Shown here: in pieces, positions 1-16,177 of the stretch | How positions within the stretch are numbered: position 1 is the first letter of the stretch | How the letters are laid out: each line of letters starts with the position of its first letter | Assembly (NCBI GenBank): GCA_964016885.1 | Contig: OZ024741.1 | Coordinates: 178,622,001 to 178,686,000, forward strand | Source: Eledone cirrhosa | Taxonomy: Eukaryota | Direction of reading: 5' to 3' | Length of the DNA: 64,000 nucleotides | Notes under the pieces: model-generated | What the model was told of the DNA's origin: nothing | Seen by the model: only the letters and a program-made list of their open reading frames with translations | Databases searched by the model: none | Position numbers and translations under genes: made by a program

Positions 1-141
1 AATGTCATCTACTTATATGACTTTTACACGAATACAATCGATATATATTTGTATACATACATATATATATGCTTGTAAGTATGTGTACGTGTGTGTGTTA
101 GAGAGTATTTGGATTTGTATATATATATATATATATATACA

Positions 142-332
<191 letters not shown>

Positions 333-509
333 TACCGGATTATAATTTACACTTTACTTGCGTTTACTATCTCTATTATTTTCTTCTTATTCTTTCTACT
401 CGTTATGCTTTATTGTGTGTGTTTTTACCTATTTTATTACATTATTCTGATGCTTAGGATCACAAGAGCTACATACTTCCTGAAGGAAGAATTGAACAGT
501 AAGTTTTGG

Positions 510-557
510 TACAAACATCTGATGAGCTTATTTTTACTTCGAGTCGAGACACGTGTT

Positions 558-561
<4 letters not shown>
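510..561 (+). ncRNA. Degenerate hammerhead ribozyme-like motif
   Basis: tacaaaca(t)-CTGATGA-gctt..gagt-c-GAGA-cacg-tgtttgta. Helix I arms tacaaaca/tgtttgta are present, but GAAA reads GAGA and the cleavage dinucleotide seems deleted. Abuts (TA)n. Confidence 0.4.
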
Positions 562-932
<371 letters not shown>

Positions 933-1166
933 TTTTTACCAGGGGGAAAAAAATACTGGTCCACCCACACACACACACACACACATATATATACACACAC
1001 ACATACACACGCGTACATTAACATACAAAGAGACTTATACACACACACACACGCACTTCTCCGTATAAGACAAAAGCTGAAAAATATCTTTTGACATGCT
1101 AAAATACCCCCCATTGCTTTCCGACACATTCTTACTGACCATCCCTGCTACCACGAATTACTCTGC

Positions 1167-1225
<59 letters not shown>

Positions 1226-1336
1226 ATCTTAATAGCCATTTGACACACATCCCTGCTAACCATTATCACAACATCGAACACCTTACTACTACTACACACA
1301 CACACACATATTTGTTGTGAAAGAGTCATTTCTCAA

Positions 1337-1581
1337 TCTTGGCGCAAAACCAATTTTTTATTCACATGACATCTACCGACCAATCAAAATTGTTTTGACC
1401 ACAAGAATTTTTGCAAACACCAAATAGCGCTGGAGCCACTTTTTTAACATAAAAACAGTCTTGGCGCAAAATCAATTTTTTACATTCACATGACCTCTAC
1501 CGACCAATCAAAATTGTTTTAACCACAAGAATTTTTGCAACACCAAAGTAACGCTGGAGCCACTTTTTTAACATAAAAACA
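1337..1581. repeat. Tandem duplication of about 122 bp (2 copies)
   Basis: tcttggcgcaaaa..ttcacatgac..accgaccaatcaaaattg..gctggagccactttttaacataaaaacag occurs twice head-to-tail. Confidence 0.85.
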
Positions 1582-1801
1582 GGTAGAATTCCCAAAACTA
1601 ATCAGATCAGAGCAAACAACACGGACACTCTAACTCAAAATTATTTTTGAAAAGCATTTAGAAATGCGCAACCGGTAAAAACTTAAAAACTTAAAACCAC
1701 AACTGAATACTAACCCATACAATCACTAATACTCTTTTATTCCTAATTAAACCATTTTTCAACTGTGAACAATTTGTCAGCATTTTCTATTCCGTTTACC
1801 A

Positions 1802-1891
<90 letters not shown>

Positions 1892-2344
1892 ATATATATA
1901 TAAATAACCTCTGTCATTTTCGTTCAACAAATTTATTTACCTTATTCTTAGACTCCGGAACTGAGAATCAATCGGTTTCCTAAATAGAATATTAGTCTAA
2001 TGACTCCATTTATATCATAAACGAGATTTTTTTTTTTTGTCATTGCGTGAAATTGTTCTCCACGCTCCGCATAACGGTGTAATTATCCTCGCTTTTTTCC
2101 CGTTCATTGCCAGGGAAAGTATTCACGAACCAACGTATCGTCTTCCTGTTTAGATAGAGTTGAGATGGGGGGGATGTGTGGTTTTTCTCACAGATGTGAG
2201 AAAAACCACAGACCCTCCATCTCAACTCTACTTTTGAAAATCAGAAGAACTGTGAAACCGGTAAAGGAACCAAATAAATATATATATTTTTTTTAAAATA
2301 AGACTCCAGTTGCATTTTCGATTTCATCTTTTTTTCTTTATATA

Positions 2345-2416
<72 letters not shown>

Positions 2417-2465
2417 CCTAGTTCGTTTCTTAATTGATATACCTCAATATATCATTTAAAAGTAT

Positions 2466-2648
2466 ATGGATTCGCAGTATCGATAGAGAGTCGGACACCA
2501 TGCTTTGCAGCATAGAGTTAGGGTCCTTTATGATCTGAGTTCAAATCCCGCCGAGGTTAACTTTGCCTTTCATCCTCACGGGATCGATAAAATAAAGTAC
2601 CAGTCACGCACTGGGGTTGATTTAATCGACTTTCCCCCTCCTCCCAAA
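2466..2648 (+). mobile_element. tRNA-derived SINE with Meta-like central domain (3' truncated)
   Basis: B-box-like gagttcaaatccc followed by tttgcctttcatcctcacgggatcgataaaataaagtaccag, which resembles the MetaSINE core. Several copies occur in the window. Confidence 0.8.
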
Positions 2649-2835
2649 GTATATATATATAAGAGATTACTTTCATTGAGATATTTGGGTATTGGAGACT
2701 AATTGACCTTTAATTAAAATTATATATATATAACTTAATTTAAAGTTAATAATTCATACATATAGAAGAGTGTTTCTCGGTAAAAAGCTCAATAAACCAC
2801 CGTTAGGAGCATCAATAATATAATGGGTACTTATA

Positions 2836-3035
2836 TAGGCACAAGGCCAACAATTTGGGAAGAGGGGAAAGTCGATTAAATCGACCCCAGTGCGTGACTG
2901 GTACTTTATTTTATCAATCCCGTGAGGAGGAAAGGCATAGTTAACCTCGACGAGATTTGAACTCAGATCATAAAGGACCCTAACTCTATGCTGCAAAGCA
3001 TGGTGTCCGACTCTCTATCGATACTGCCAATCCAT
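2836..3035 (-). mobile_element. tRNA-derived SINE (Meta-like), inverted partner of 2466-2648
   Basis: Reverse complement of the same SINE, including the ggccttgtgccta tail. Confidence 0.8.
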
Positions 3036-3090
3036 ATACTTTTAAATGATATATTGAGGTATATCAATTAAGAAACGAACTAGGCTTATG

Positions 3091-3265
<175 letters not shown>

Positions 3266-3305
3266 GATATTAAACAAATGGAAACTATATTTATAAAACC
3301 ATATT

Positions 3306-3371
3306 TATTTCGTTATATATATTTCTGGGATATCATATTAAAAATATGGTATGCCTTCCTCAGACAAAATA
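3306..3371 (-). ncRNA. Minimal type I hammerhead ribozyme
   Basis: Minus strand: tattttgt-CTGAGGA-aggcataccatatt ttt aatatgatatccca-GAAA-tatata-TA-acgaaata. Helix I is 8 bp with a G-C covariation relative to the 29075 copy; helix III is palindromic. Confidence 0.8.
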
Positions 3372-4646
3372 CAATATATAAGCTGTTTTATAAATAATTT
3401 TGACTTACCTTAGAATAATGCAACTTCCATTTAAAAAGTTGATTTGGTAGTGAAACTGTTGAGGACAGTTATAGAGAAAGAAAGACGAAGAAAAACGAAG
3501 ATAAAAAGAAGAAGATGAAGAGATGTATGTAAAGAAAAACAACAGAGCGAGATGGAGAGAGAAGGAGATATGGGAGAGAGAAATATATTGAGGCAGTGAA
3601 AAGATAGTAGGCAGCTTGGGGACAGATGATCATCGTACAAGTGAGAGGTTAAGGAGGGAAAGGGACGCAGTTAAAATGGCCGACAGATAAATCACGTCCA
3701 GTGTAGAGGAGAAAAAAGAAAGAAAGATGATATATTTAAAATATATTATGTCTCATCAATTTGAATTATCAATTTTTATGAATTAGGTATTATAATGTAA
3801 ATATCAATATTCATGAATGAGACACATATTCATAATGTGTGAAAAAAAATGACCCCATGGTTATTTTAAAAATTCTTAGGTCTATAAGCAAAATCTGAGA
3901 CAAAACTTCAAACATAAGTATATATGCATTCTCATGAAAAAAGAAAAAAGAAAAAAGAGAAGGTTATCTCAAATTCAAGTTGATAATTATAGACACACAT
4001 GTGAACTTACGTGATATGCTCCGCAGATTTTTATTTTTCATGAAAATCTTCATTGCATTACAAAAGATTCCACCATACATATATGTACATACATATATAT
4101 ATATATATATAAAATATACATTAACATTTATAGTAATATTCCTGCCCTCACTTACATGAAGCATAGAATAGACAACAGATATCAATATTAAAAATTAGAC
4201 AACAGATATCAATATTAAGAATTAAAAACGCCAAGAACATCTTCGTCACTCCACAGAGTATCTAGGGACGTAAGAGAACATAGTATGCCCCGCATATCAG
4301 TCACATAAAACCACCCTTCCAATTTATTTGACAATATGTTGTTAAGTTCATTAGAAGCAATCAGAATCAAAAGCAAACAAAAACCAAAATTGTTCAACAA
4401 ACCTTATTTAGCAGAAATCATTCAAAACTTATTCTACAAATGCTCTTATATTTATTATAGAAGTTTATCTAGCTTAAAAAATTTATTCAAAAGATTGGGA
4501 ACATCACCAATTTTAGGGTAGTTTAATTAATCCCATTAATTATATATTCATGCAGAAAGGTTTTTAAAAAATTGAAGGAATCGAAAGATTTATCGCCAAG
4601 TTTCATAAATAGTTAAATATCTTAAGTAAATATACAACATTTTATA

Positions 4647-5315
4647 CTACATTTTAAATTTATATTTATATTTAAAAGTCGAGTTCAATCTATGTCTGCA
4701 GCAGCTGAATAAATTGGTTCGTAAATTAAGGGAATTTTTAGATTTTAGTATAAAGAATATCTCCTCCGCGCAGAGGTCACATGTCTCAGAAGAGGAATTA
4801 AAAGGAATGCCTTTTGAGACTATATTCCAAACCATCGAATATCCAACTTTATCATGTTTAAGTTGCCAGAGTAAGCCTGATAGTGATGTTGAAGATTTTT
4901 TATTTGGATTCGTGAAATAATTTTTGTGATTATTATAGCGAAGTTTAAATTCTGTTGAGGTGGAACCAACATAATTAAAAGAATTTAAGTCAGTTTTAAC
5001 ATTACAGTTGTATATTATATTTTTAACTAAGCAATTGTTATTTAGCGGGCATTTAGATCTATCTCTACAGTTACAGTTGTTTACTTGAATATTGTTTAGG
5101 CTATTTTCGGTATTTTGGCTAGGTTTTAGATTCCTATTATTTATTCTATTAATATTTTGTGCTAAATTTTTGGTGGACGAGTATGTTAATTTTATAGTAT
5201 GTCTATTGAAAATTGAGTGATACTTATGTGTTCTAGGGAAGCGTTTGTCAAGAGCATTAAAAAATAGTTTAGCGATGTGGGTTTTAATGTTTAGTGAGAA
5301 AGGGGGGGGGGGCAA
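4647..5315 (-). pseudogene. PLE (Naiad-like) linker and GIY-YIG endonuclease fragment
   Basis: Motifs FPRTHKYHSIFNRHTIKLTYS, CNCRDRSKCPLNNNCL, NIIY..YVGST..FKLRYNNH, CDLC..E and LNLRTNLFSCCRH. Homologous to the C-terminus of the 23481-25799 ORF. Frameshift in the G-run near 5302-5312. Confidence 0.88.
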
Positions 5316-5619
5316 ACCATATTATATTTCTAGTTCTATTTCTTTTCTGGTTTTTGGAATTATTGTAGTGCTTTCTATTATAGTTGTTAAAGTTGTTACT
5401 GTAATTAAAATTGTTGTTATTTTGGTTAGTTTGTCTATTATCGATGTACATAATTTTATCACTATATCCTGCTCTAGCTAACGCTTCATTATAATACTGG
5501 GCTTTTTCATCAAAAATATTTTTAATATCGTAAACCTACTCCAAAAACTGTTGAGTGCTTTTATATCAGTTATAAAATATTTACTCGTTGTAACCCAACA
5601 ATTTTAAATAAAACTTTTG

Positions 5620-7585
<1,966 letters not shown>

Positions 7586-7824
7586 TTATATATATACACA
7601 CACAATCATACACATATACCCACGTACATACGCACACATACACACATATATACACGCATACATACTCACACATAAATATAGATATATGTACACACACCTA
7701 CATACGCACACACACAAAAATATAATAGACGACCATATAGGCCGTCACATAAGAATAAAATTATTATAAAGTTGACAGCGATACAGGGGACAAATAAATG
7801 AACAAACACACTTGAATGGAAAAA

Positions 7825-7892
7825 GACGGGTGTAAATGGTAGCACAGTGGTCCAGATAACCAAAGATATGGGTTCGACTCCCATGTACGTCA
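7825..7892 (+). pseudogene. tRNA-derived sequence (pseudo-tRNA or SINE head)
   Basis: gacg/cgtc acceptor-like ends, A-box-like tgtaaatggtagca, tggt/acca stem and T-arm atgggttcgactcccat. The acceptor stem is incomplete. Confidence 0.5.
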
Positions 7893-8088
7893 ATACTCAT
7901 CTTGTTCCATTTCTCCGAGGGTTCTTAACCCCACTATCGGGCTAAATAATTTTTTTAATTTCTTTAGTCAATATATATATATGTATATATACATATATAT
8001 ACATATATATATATATATGTGTGTGTGTATATATATACCGTATTTCCCGGTGGTATATATATACATATATAAGTAATGTAAATAACTC

Positions 8089-8240
8089 ACCGCATTTCCC
8101 GGCGTCAAAGACTCGACTTTTTTCCTAAAATAAGTCTCAAAAATCTACCATGCGTCCTTTACTTTTTTTATAATTTTTAGTAGTCAAAATTAGGGTGTGC
8201 CCACGTGGACGAAGCGTCTTCGGCGCCGGGAAATACTGTA
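8089..8240. mobile_element. Tc1/mariner-pogo-like MITE
   Basis: TIR-like ends ccgcatttcccggcg ... cgccgggaaatactg followed by TA. An extra TIR fragment taccgtatttcccgg lies at about 8036. Confidence 0.55.
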
Positions 8241-8551
8241 TATATGTTGTTGTTGTTGACTTTAATTTTTTCTCGCTCTTCGAGCTGCTCACACACATGT
8301 GCTTCGGTCAGTTATTCCCCGTTTATTTTTTTATTCCCTTTTCCCTTCTGTTATATATATTTTTTCTCTCTCTCCCTTTTCTCCCAATAACTTACTTTAG
8401 TTAATGACACACTGGGGTTTGATAACTAGTCATTAATGCATAGAAATATCCATGATCCCCAGCAGACAACTAATGAAGGAAAATGTTCTTCTCATATTTA
8501 TAAGTACTCCTTATCCAGCAACTAAACAACCCCTGTTTCTTCTTTAATATT

Positions 8552-8693
<142 letters not shown>

Positions 8694-9129
8694 CAAAAGG
8701 CAAACGGAAATAACAAAGCAAACAACACAGTAGAATGAAGTATATTATTAGTTTTACGTTTGATATAGTTGAAAAATAGTTTAAACGTTTCAGACGCTAG
8801 TCCTTCTTCACAATGTAGTAGAATCAGCAATTAAAAAAGAAATAGAAAGATTGAGGAGACGGGCATGACATGTCGGGAAAGGAAAAAAATGTTTAAAGAA
8901 AATTAGCAGGTCCGTGCATATTGCCTTCTCTTGGAAAACTGATGATGTTGGTGTTATATATACATATACTACGCTAAGGTGTTATAACATATATAATATG
9001 TATGATTAATATGTTTCTCAGTAGAAAAGCTCAATGTACATTTGTCGACAACATTAATAATACAAAACAAAAGATATATATAGAGAGGGAGAGAGAACGA
9101 GCCATACATCTTTAGAGGAACACATAGTA

Positions 9130-9211
<82 letters not shown>

Positions 9212-9359
9212 TGGCTGCCAACTCGTTTTCGAGTACGGCCACTACTTTATAACCATGTAGGAGAACCCCTACCGATGCGCTGAACGAGTGTGACTTTTTA
9301 GTCCAGCCAGCGACTTGAAAACTCTGGCACAAACACTACACCTGTGACAATTACTGACA

Positions 9360-9500
9360 CATAGTGCTGGGCCCATGGTACCATGTGATTACAAGTGCAG
9401 AGAGATCTCCAGATACAAAGCAATGCCTGTGCCGTGAAGCTTTTATAGTGAGCAAAGGCACTGCACAAAACCAGTCCCACTTTCTTAACCAAGATGATAT
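9360..9500 (+). pseudogene. Possible degenerate GIY-YIG C-terminal remnant (PLE)
   Basis: KQCLCREAFIV..FLNQDD resembles the R..EA..I..LN.D end of Penelope endonucleases; short and weak. Confidence 0.3.
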
Positions 9501-9735
9501 TTACCAAAAAGAAGAACAATTCAACATCATTGGATACCATCAGGGTTGCAGGTGTTATATCAGAGTTTTCCTTCTCCTAGAATTCCATATATATATATGA
9601 ACATTATAATATTTAGTATATCACTTAGTTTATATATACATATATATATGTGTGTGTGTGAGAGAGAGAGAATGTGTGTGCTCGTGCGTAGCATCTTATA
9701 TACATATGCATCTTATAAATATATGCACATGTTTT

Positions 9736-9816
<81 letters not shown>

Positions 9817-10715
9817 ACTTGTGTGTGTGCACTTGTGTGAGGCATTTTCTGGCTGATGATCTCAAAAAACAATTGAGATATTGGCGGAGGTTGAACTGTA
9901 GAGTTAAAAACATATATATTTAAAATACTTATGGTGAAAAATTTTACTTGCCATATTGTGATCGATACTGCATTCGCCTGGCAAGCAATAAATATGTGAT
10001 TTGCGTCTCGTTAGAGATTTTGTTCTTCCTTTCCATATTAAATTAGCCGTTATAACTTTTAATACAATTTATGTACATATATGTGTATATAGATATGAAT
10101 TACTGAATTGTTTTTCCGAAACTTCCCCCACTCGCTCTGATGAAGGAATAATGTCCGAAATGTTAAGACACTTTTTCCTATTATATCAAGCTTTAAACTA
10201 ATATATACCCTTATTTTACTGTTGTTTGATTTTAATTTAATTTTATTTTTGTTTTTTACACATCTTTCGTTATATACGTATATATATATATATGTGTGAG
10301 TGTGTGCATGTATGTATATATATATACATACTACTGTACGTCTGTACACATATATGTATGTACGTATACATACTTATATTTAGGTATCAGCCGTACTAAG
10401 TGTTTACAAACAAACCGAACATTATAATAAATGTTCGGTAAACCCATACGTACATATATATATATATGTGCATGTATGTATATATATATACATACTACTG
10501 TACGTGTGTACACATATATGTATGTACGTACTTATATTTAGGTATCAGCCGTACTAAGAGTGAGAAATGAAATTTCGTTTCATTCTTTTCCATTTATCGT
10601 TTTCGGTACGCCCGGCCGACTAACTCACTCGATATGCAAATTAGGCTGCTCAGCCGTTAATATGCATAAGGAAAGTATATACTTTCAAACGTTCAATCAT
10701 ATGGCAGAAAGGTAT

Positions 10716-10758
10716 ACGATGCTGACGATAGTTAATAAGCTAGAAACTAGTACATCGT
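10716..10758 (+). ncRNA. Minimal type I hammerhead ribozyme (intact)
   Basis: acgatg-CTGACGA-tagtt aata agcta-GAAA-ctag-TA-catcgt. Perfect 6-bp helix I, 5-bp helix II, palindromic CTAG helix III and GUA cleavage triplet. Confidence 0.88.
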
Positions 10759-10963
10759 TCCTGTGTGAGTGTTGAACAAAAGGGCGACGATGGTTGCCGA
10801 GCACTGTGCGGCGTAATTCGGGGTGTTTGTTTACAAACAAACCAAACATTATAATAAATGTTCGGTTACCCCATACGTACATATATATATGTGTGCATTT
10901 ATGTATATATATACATACTACTGTACGTCTGTACACATATATGCATGTACGTATACATACTTA

Positions 10964-11035
<72 letters not shown>

Positions 11036-11070
11036 TTTATATATAATATATATATATATATATAAATATT

Positions 11071-11112
<42 letters not shown>

Positions 11113-11114
11113 TA

Positions 11115-11221
<107 letters not shown>

Positions 11222-11630
11222 ATTGGAAATAGCACGGAAAATATATTTAAGGGTCGGTTTTTCGTTTTTTTCCTCCCTTTGATTCGCCAGTGTGACATTA
11301 TTTAAAAAATGATGAGAGGGACAATTCTTTTTAAAAGGAGTTTTAGGCTGTATATAAAGTATATAAAACCGGTTTCGATGTATTAATAAATTTCATCCTA
11401 TCAAATGTTGAGTATTACAATTAAAAGGAATTAACAGGAATTAAAATCTAAAAATTAAAGATTTAAATTAAGTGTTCAGTTACGTTTTTTCATCTTCCTT
11501 GTTGAGGAGACTGGAAAATCTATATATATATATAGAGAGAATTCACAAGAATCAAAGCTATGTTCAAAGCATTTATTCACTTACAATTGTTTCATCCAAA
11601 CCTTGGCTTGGAGTCTTCGGACCATTTTTC

Positions 11631-11662
<32 letters not shown>

Positions 11663-12254
11663 TTTGTGTGTGTGTCAGTGTGTGTGTGTGTGTGTGTGAG
11701 TGTATTGACGATGTTTTAGTATTAGCTATAATCCCATTTGCTCACATATACTCATTCAATGAGATATGATATGAACTTTTATCGAACAAAACCTGTCTAT
11801 GGGTGCAAAGAAAATGTATATTCGTAATGTAGCGTTTCCACCTTGCTCCGTGATGGCGCTAGGCTTAGTGATGTATATCTCACGAGCCATAAGGTCATGA
11901 ATTCAATTTTCTGTGGTGCAATGTCTCAGCAAAAATATTTTGTTTATCTATTTCAAATGGTCAGTCTTGTCATAAACTGTATCACATTGAACATTGAATC
12001 TCTTGGAGTCCTACTTACGTTAAGGGAGCACGTATTTTTAAAATACTCATTTATTTACACAGTAATTCAATAAACAGGCAATTGTGATGTTAGGAAAACT
12101 GGAACAGTCGTCGTCGGAAACAACTGAAGATGATAATTAATGATGGTCAGTCTTCTGTTATTCATTAACAACCACTTGTGAGTACAATCAGATTAACGAG
12201 GCTGGCTTTATAAATATGCAGCATTATTAGATGGGGATGCGTAATTCTAAATAA

Positions 12255-12724
12255 TACATATCCACACACAAACACACTCACACATGTACTAATACACACG
12301 CACACATACAGACACATACTTGCACACACATATATATATATATTCACATATGCATACAAAAACATATATGTACACACACAAAAATACATAAATACATACA
12401 TAAATACACGCATACTTACATACAGACACACACACACACACACACGTACGTACATATATGCATACATACATATAAATATATATATATAAATGCATACATA
12501 CATACATACATAATTGCATGCATACATACATATATACATACATACATGCAAGCATACATACATATTAACATACATACATACATAATTGTATACATACATA
12601 CATAATTGCATACATACATAATTGCATACATATAAACATACATAATTGCATGCATACATACATACATACATACATACATACATACATACATACATACATA
12701 CATACATACATACATACATACATC
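12255..12724. repeat. (CATA)n/(CA)n compound microsatellite
   Basis: Tetranucleotide CATA array with a degenerate 5' part. Confidence 0.95.
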
Positions 12725-13972
12725 TTCCAGTAATTTCATATCGATGCCATTAAACAGCCACTATTTAAGAATTTAAACATTTTATCTCTTATTGCAAAGC
12801 AATTCCCAAGTATTGACATTTTATAGCTTGACATATTCTAGCCGTGATTCTATTTGTAAAGCTTCCTTTAAGATAATTAGTCAGCGAATTATGGAAGAAA
12901 CGCAATTAATATCAAACTGAGATTACCAAAATTATATCTGCAGATAAACAAACATTAATAAATCCTGAAAAATAAATCCAACAATCGAATTGAAATTCAA
13001 TAGAAATGCTGAATGGAATATAGCCATATTGGTGCCTAAATATCACCAACCTATGAAATGCTTTTCGTAGTGTTATAATATCCAAGGGAATGGTTGTTTG
13101 AGATGAGATTCATCTACGAATGAAATGCCTCTTACCACACAGTGTTCATTTTAACACAAGCTTTGAAATTGCCTTCTGCACGCACTATTTAACAATGTTT
13201 GTTTCTGTCTAGAGAGAGAAATCAGTCGACAAACAAAACAATAAATCGACACGAAACGATGTATATGTTATATGTGATGATTATTAGCGATATGATGGTC
13301 TTAGTTTCACTAACCTACACTTGCCGACATGATAGACACGCTAGATTGGATTTTCATTAGATAGCATATAAATGCAAACTTTATACTCACAATATTAAAT
13401 GAATAGAGATACTCTATGAACTTTATAAACACTGATAATTGCTTCCTGTCTCCACAAAATAACAAAGCTAGCACTTAACATCGGAGTCCGTAATATTAGG
13501 TAGAGTAAAAAAAATATATATCCCTCTATGGACTTCTATAATGAGAATGCTTTTTGGTAGTGGTATTGGCGGTGGCTAGATGGTAGTCAGAGGGGAGTTG
13601 AAGTGATGGTAGTGGAGTATTGGCTGAGATAGAATTGGTTAAAAGACAATTGCAATACGGTTGTTTCCAATATAAAACAGATTCATACCAAAGTTTCAAT
13701 TTAGCATAATTTAGTTCATTTTATAGTGCTACTTCTGCATTCTGTGTTGCAGTGCATCGACATATGTTACATATATTTACAGCTAGGGGCATTGATCCAT
13801 ATATGTGTATGTGTATGTGTGTGTGTGTGTGTGTTTATATGTGAGTGTGTGTATGTGTGTATGTGTGTGTGTGTCTGTGTGTGTATGTGTGTGTGCGTGT
13901 GTGTGTGTGTGTGTGTGCGCGTGTGTGTGTGTATGTGTGTGTGTATATGTGAGTATGTGTATGTGTGTATGC

Positions 13973-14015
<43 letters not shown>

Positions 14016-14021
14016 CGTGTG

Positions 14022-14063
<42 letters not shown>

Positions 14064-14239
14064 TGCGTGTGTGCGACTGTGTATGTGTATGCATGTATAT
14101 ATATATATATATATATTAATACCATGGGAGGGTCCTGCTGCCAATAAAAACACACATACCTGTTGGTTTTCACTTCAATTTATTATAAATTTCCGGTTGG
14201 TTGGTTGGTTGGTTCGATAACCGGATGGTTGTTTATATA

Positions 14240-14605
14240 TTGTCAAAGCTCTTTCATCACGCATTATGTGACCTCCTCAGTGACTAAGCACCCCAGCCAT
14301 AGATTACCTACACTAGACACAGAACACTGGTTAAAAACTATTAATAATAGAATACAAATTCTCCACTCGCATTATGCAACACCCATGACATCCAAGTACC
14401 TAATACACCGAAACTCAGCTGCTTCGGATAACATGAAAATCAACATAGTGATTGCGGAATTAGTAAGAGTGTGATGAAGTGCAATCCTAAAGAATTAGAG
14501 AGACACATACAACACTTCATCCACCCATGCTGTTCCCTGGCTACAATCAGAGAGACAAGATCAGGGTGGATAAAGGAGCCAGGACAAAATGGGCAAAGAT
14601 TGTAG
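14240..14605 (+). pseudogene. Degenerate PLE reverse transcriptase thumb fragment (non-Naiad-like)
   Basis: KHPSHRLPTLDTEHW..ILHSHYATPMTSKYLIHRNSA..K..I..ELVR followed by GYNQRDK resembles the PLE LP.LD / Y.KP..S..H..SA / SGY region. Contains stops and frameshifts. Confidence 0.5.
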
Positions 14606-14792
14606 AAAATAATTGTTTCTACTTTAGGCACAAGGCCAGCAATTACCCAGTGCGTTACTGGTACTTTTATTTTATCGACCCCGTAAGGATGAAAGGCAAA
14701 GTCAACCTCGGCGGGATTTGAACTCAGATCGTAAAGGGACGTAACTATGCTGGAAAGCATGGCGTCCGAGCCTCTACCGATACTGCCAATCT
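14600..14792 (-). mobile_element. tRNA-derived SINE (Meta-like), internally deleted variant
   Basis: Same SINE core. Lacks the ggtcgatttaatcgactttcccc segment, as does the 16178 copy. Confidence 0.8.
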
Positions 14793-14819
14793 ACAATTGC
14801 CCCATGTACAGGACCAAAT

Positions 14820-14918
14820 GTTGGGGTCTTACTGGTTCCTATTATCCACTCTACTACCTCAAGTATTGAGTACTTTGGTGCGTTATGGTCCACCTGGTTC
14901 CTTACCACATTTCCTTCG

Positions 14919-14921
<3 letters not shown>
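14820..14921 (+). mobile_element. Truncated copy of the 5668/28777/29286 short element
   Basis: ggggtcttactggttcctattatccactctactacctcaagtattgagtactttggtgcg..ttccttcgt followed by (TA)n. Confidence 0.75.
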
Positions 14922-14967
<46 letters not shown>

Positions 14968-14971
<4 letters not shown>

Positions 14972-16028
14972 CAAATTTTAGAACAGCATTAACGAAGCTT
15001 TAGTTTGTGGCCAAGCTAACGAATGCAAATTCGGTATGCAGCTTTAGCACTCGAATGGGAATAGTACCCCAGAGTAATAACAATACGTTTCGACAGCTTA
15101 GCAAATTAAATATAGCGATCAGCGGTCCAGCCTCATTACCACAGCAACGAGAATGGTTGGACTCAGGAAAAGATTTTAGACTGACCTGGACCATCACGCC
15201 GAGACTGAATGCAACATATAATGCATATCGTATAGTAAGATAGTTGAAAGACCAGGTTTTCCCATAAAAACACTAATTAGTAAAGCATATCGATTGCAAA
15301 GAACCCGTTAGGTTTCTGCAAATCCAAGATCGACAAATTCCGCTTGCAGGGGTCTGCAAGTTAATGGTCTTTGACAACAGAACAAAGGATTTACTTCTTC
15401 AACAAGTCTTGTTCTTTAGCCTCTGCGGGTATGTTCTAGCAGTAAATTTCCCTATAGACACGTGGTTTTCTCCAAGGGGGGTAACCCCCGTTTTGGCGGT
15501 GAATTCGAAATTTGAGACAAAGGAATGAAATTCCCTTAGACAAACCGAATTAAGCACTCAACCAGAAGTTATCAAACAAACATAAAAAATTAATCAATCA
15601 ATAGAATTATCTAAATTAATCAGTTAATCGTTAATTCTAGGAGATAAAATACAAATTTTAGTACAGCATTAACGAACCTTTAGATTGCGGCCAAGCTAAC
15701 GAATGCAAATTCGATATTAGCTTTAGCACTCGAATGGGAATAGTATCCCAGAGTAATAACAATACGTTTCGACAGCTCAGCAAATTAAATATAGCGATCG
15801 GCAGTCCAGACAAGTACAATAACAAGAAACATATACAGACACATTAGTAAACAAAGATAGAATACAAAAACACTCACACCAAACGCATGCACAGAAACGG
15901 AGACAAGAAGAAATAAATAAATATATAAATAAAATAAAAATGGCGTAGACATTACGATACAATAGGAGGGAACATAATAGTACCACTGATGATGTTGCAG
16001 ATGTGCAACAAAAGAACTCTGATAGACT
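14968..16028. mobile_element. Non-coding element with about 160-bp direct repeats between (TA)n tracts (pLTR/retrozyme-like)
   Basis: 14968-15130 is repeated at 15649-15809. A degraded HHR-like motif lies at 15981-16024 (CTGATGA-tgttgca/tgcaac-AAAA-gaac-TC). Confidence 0.55.
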
Positions 16029-16177
16029 ATATATATATATTTATATATGTATTTTTAACCTTTCGTCAATCAATGATAAACATTGATTGCCAAATAAATT
16101 AACTATGGTGATCTAGAAGATATAGAAGCGAAAACCAACCAAACAGTGAGTATGTTCTGTTATTATTTCTGGCAGTG

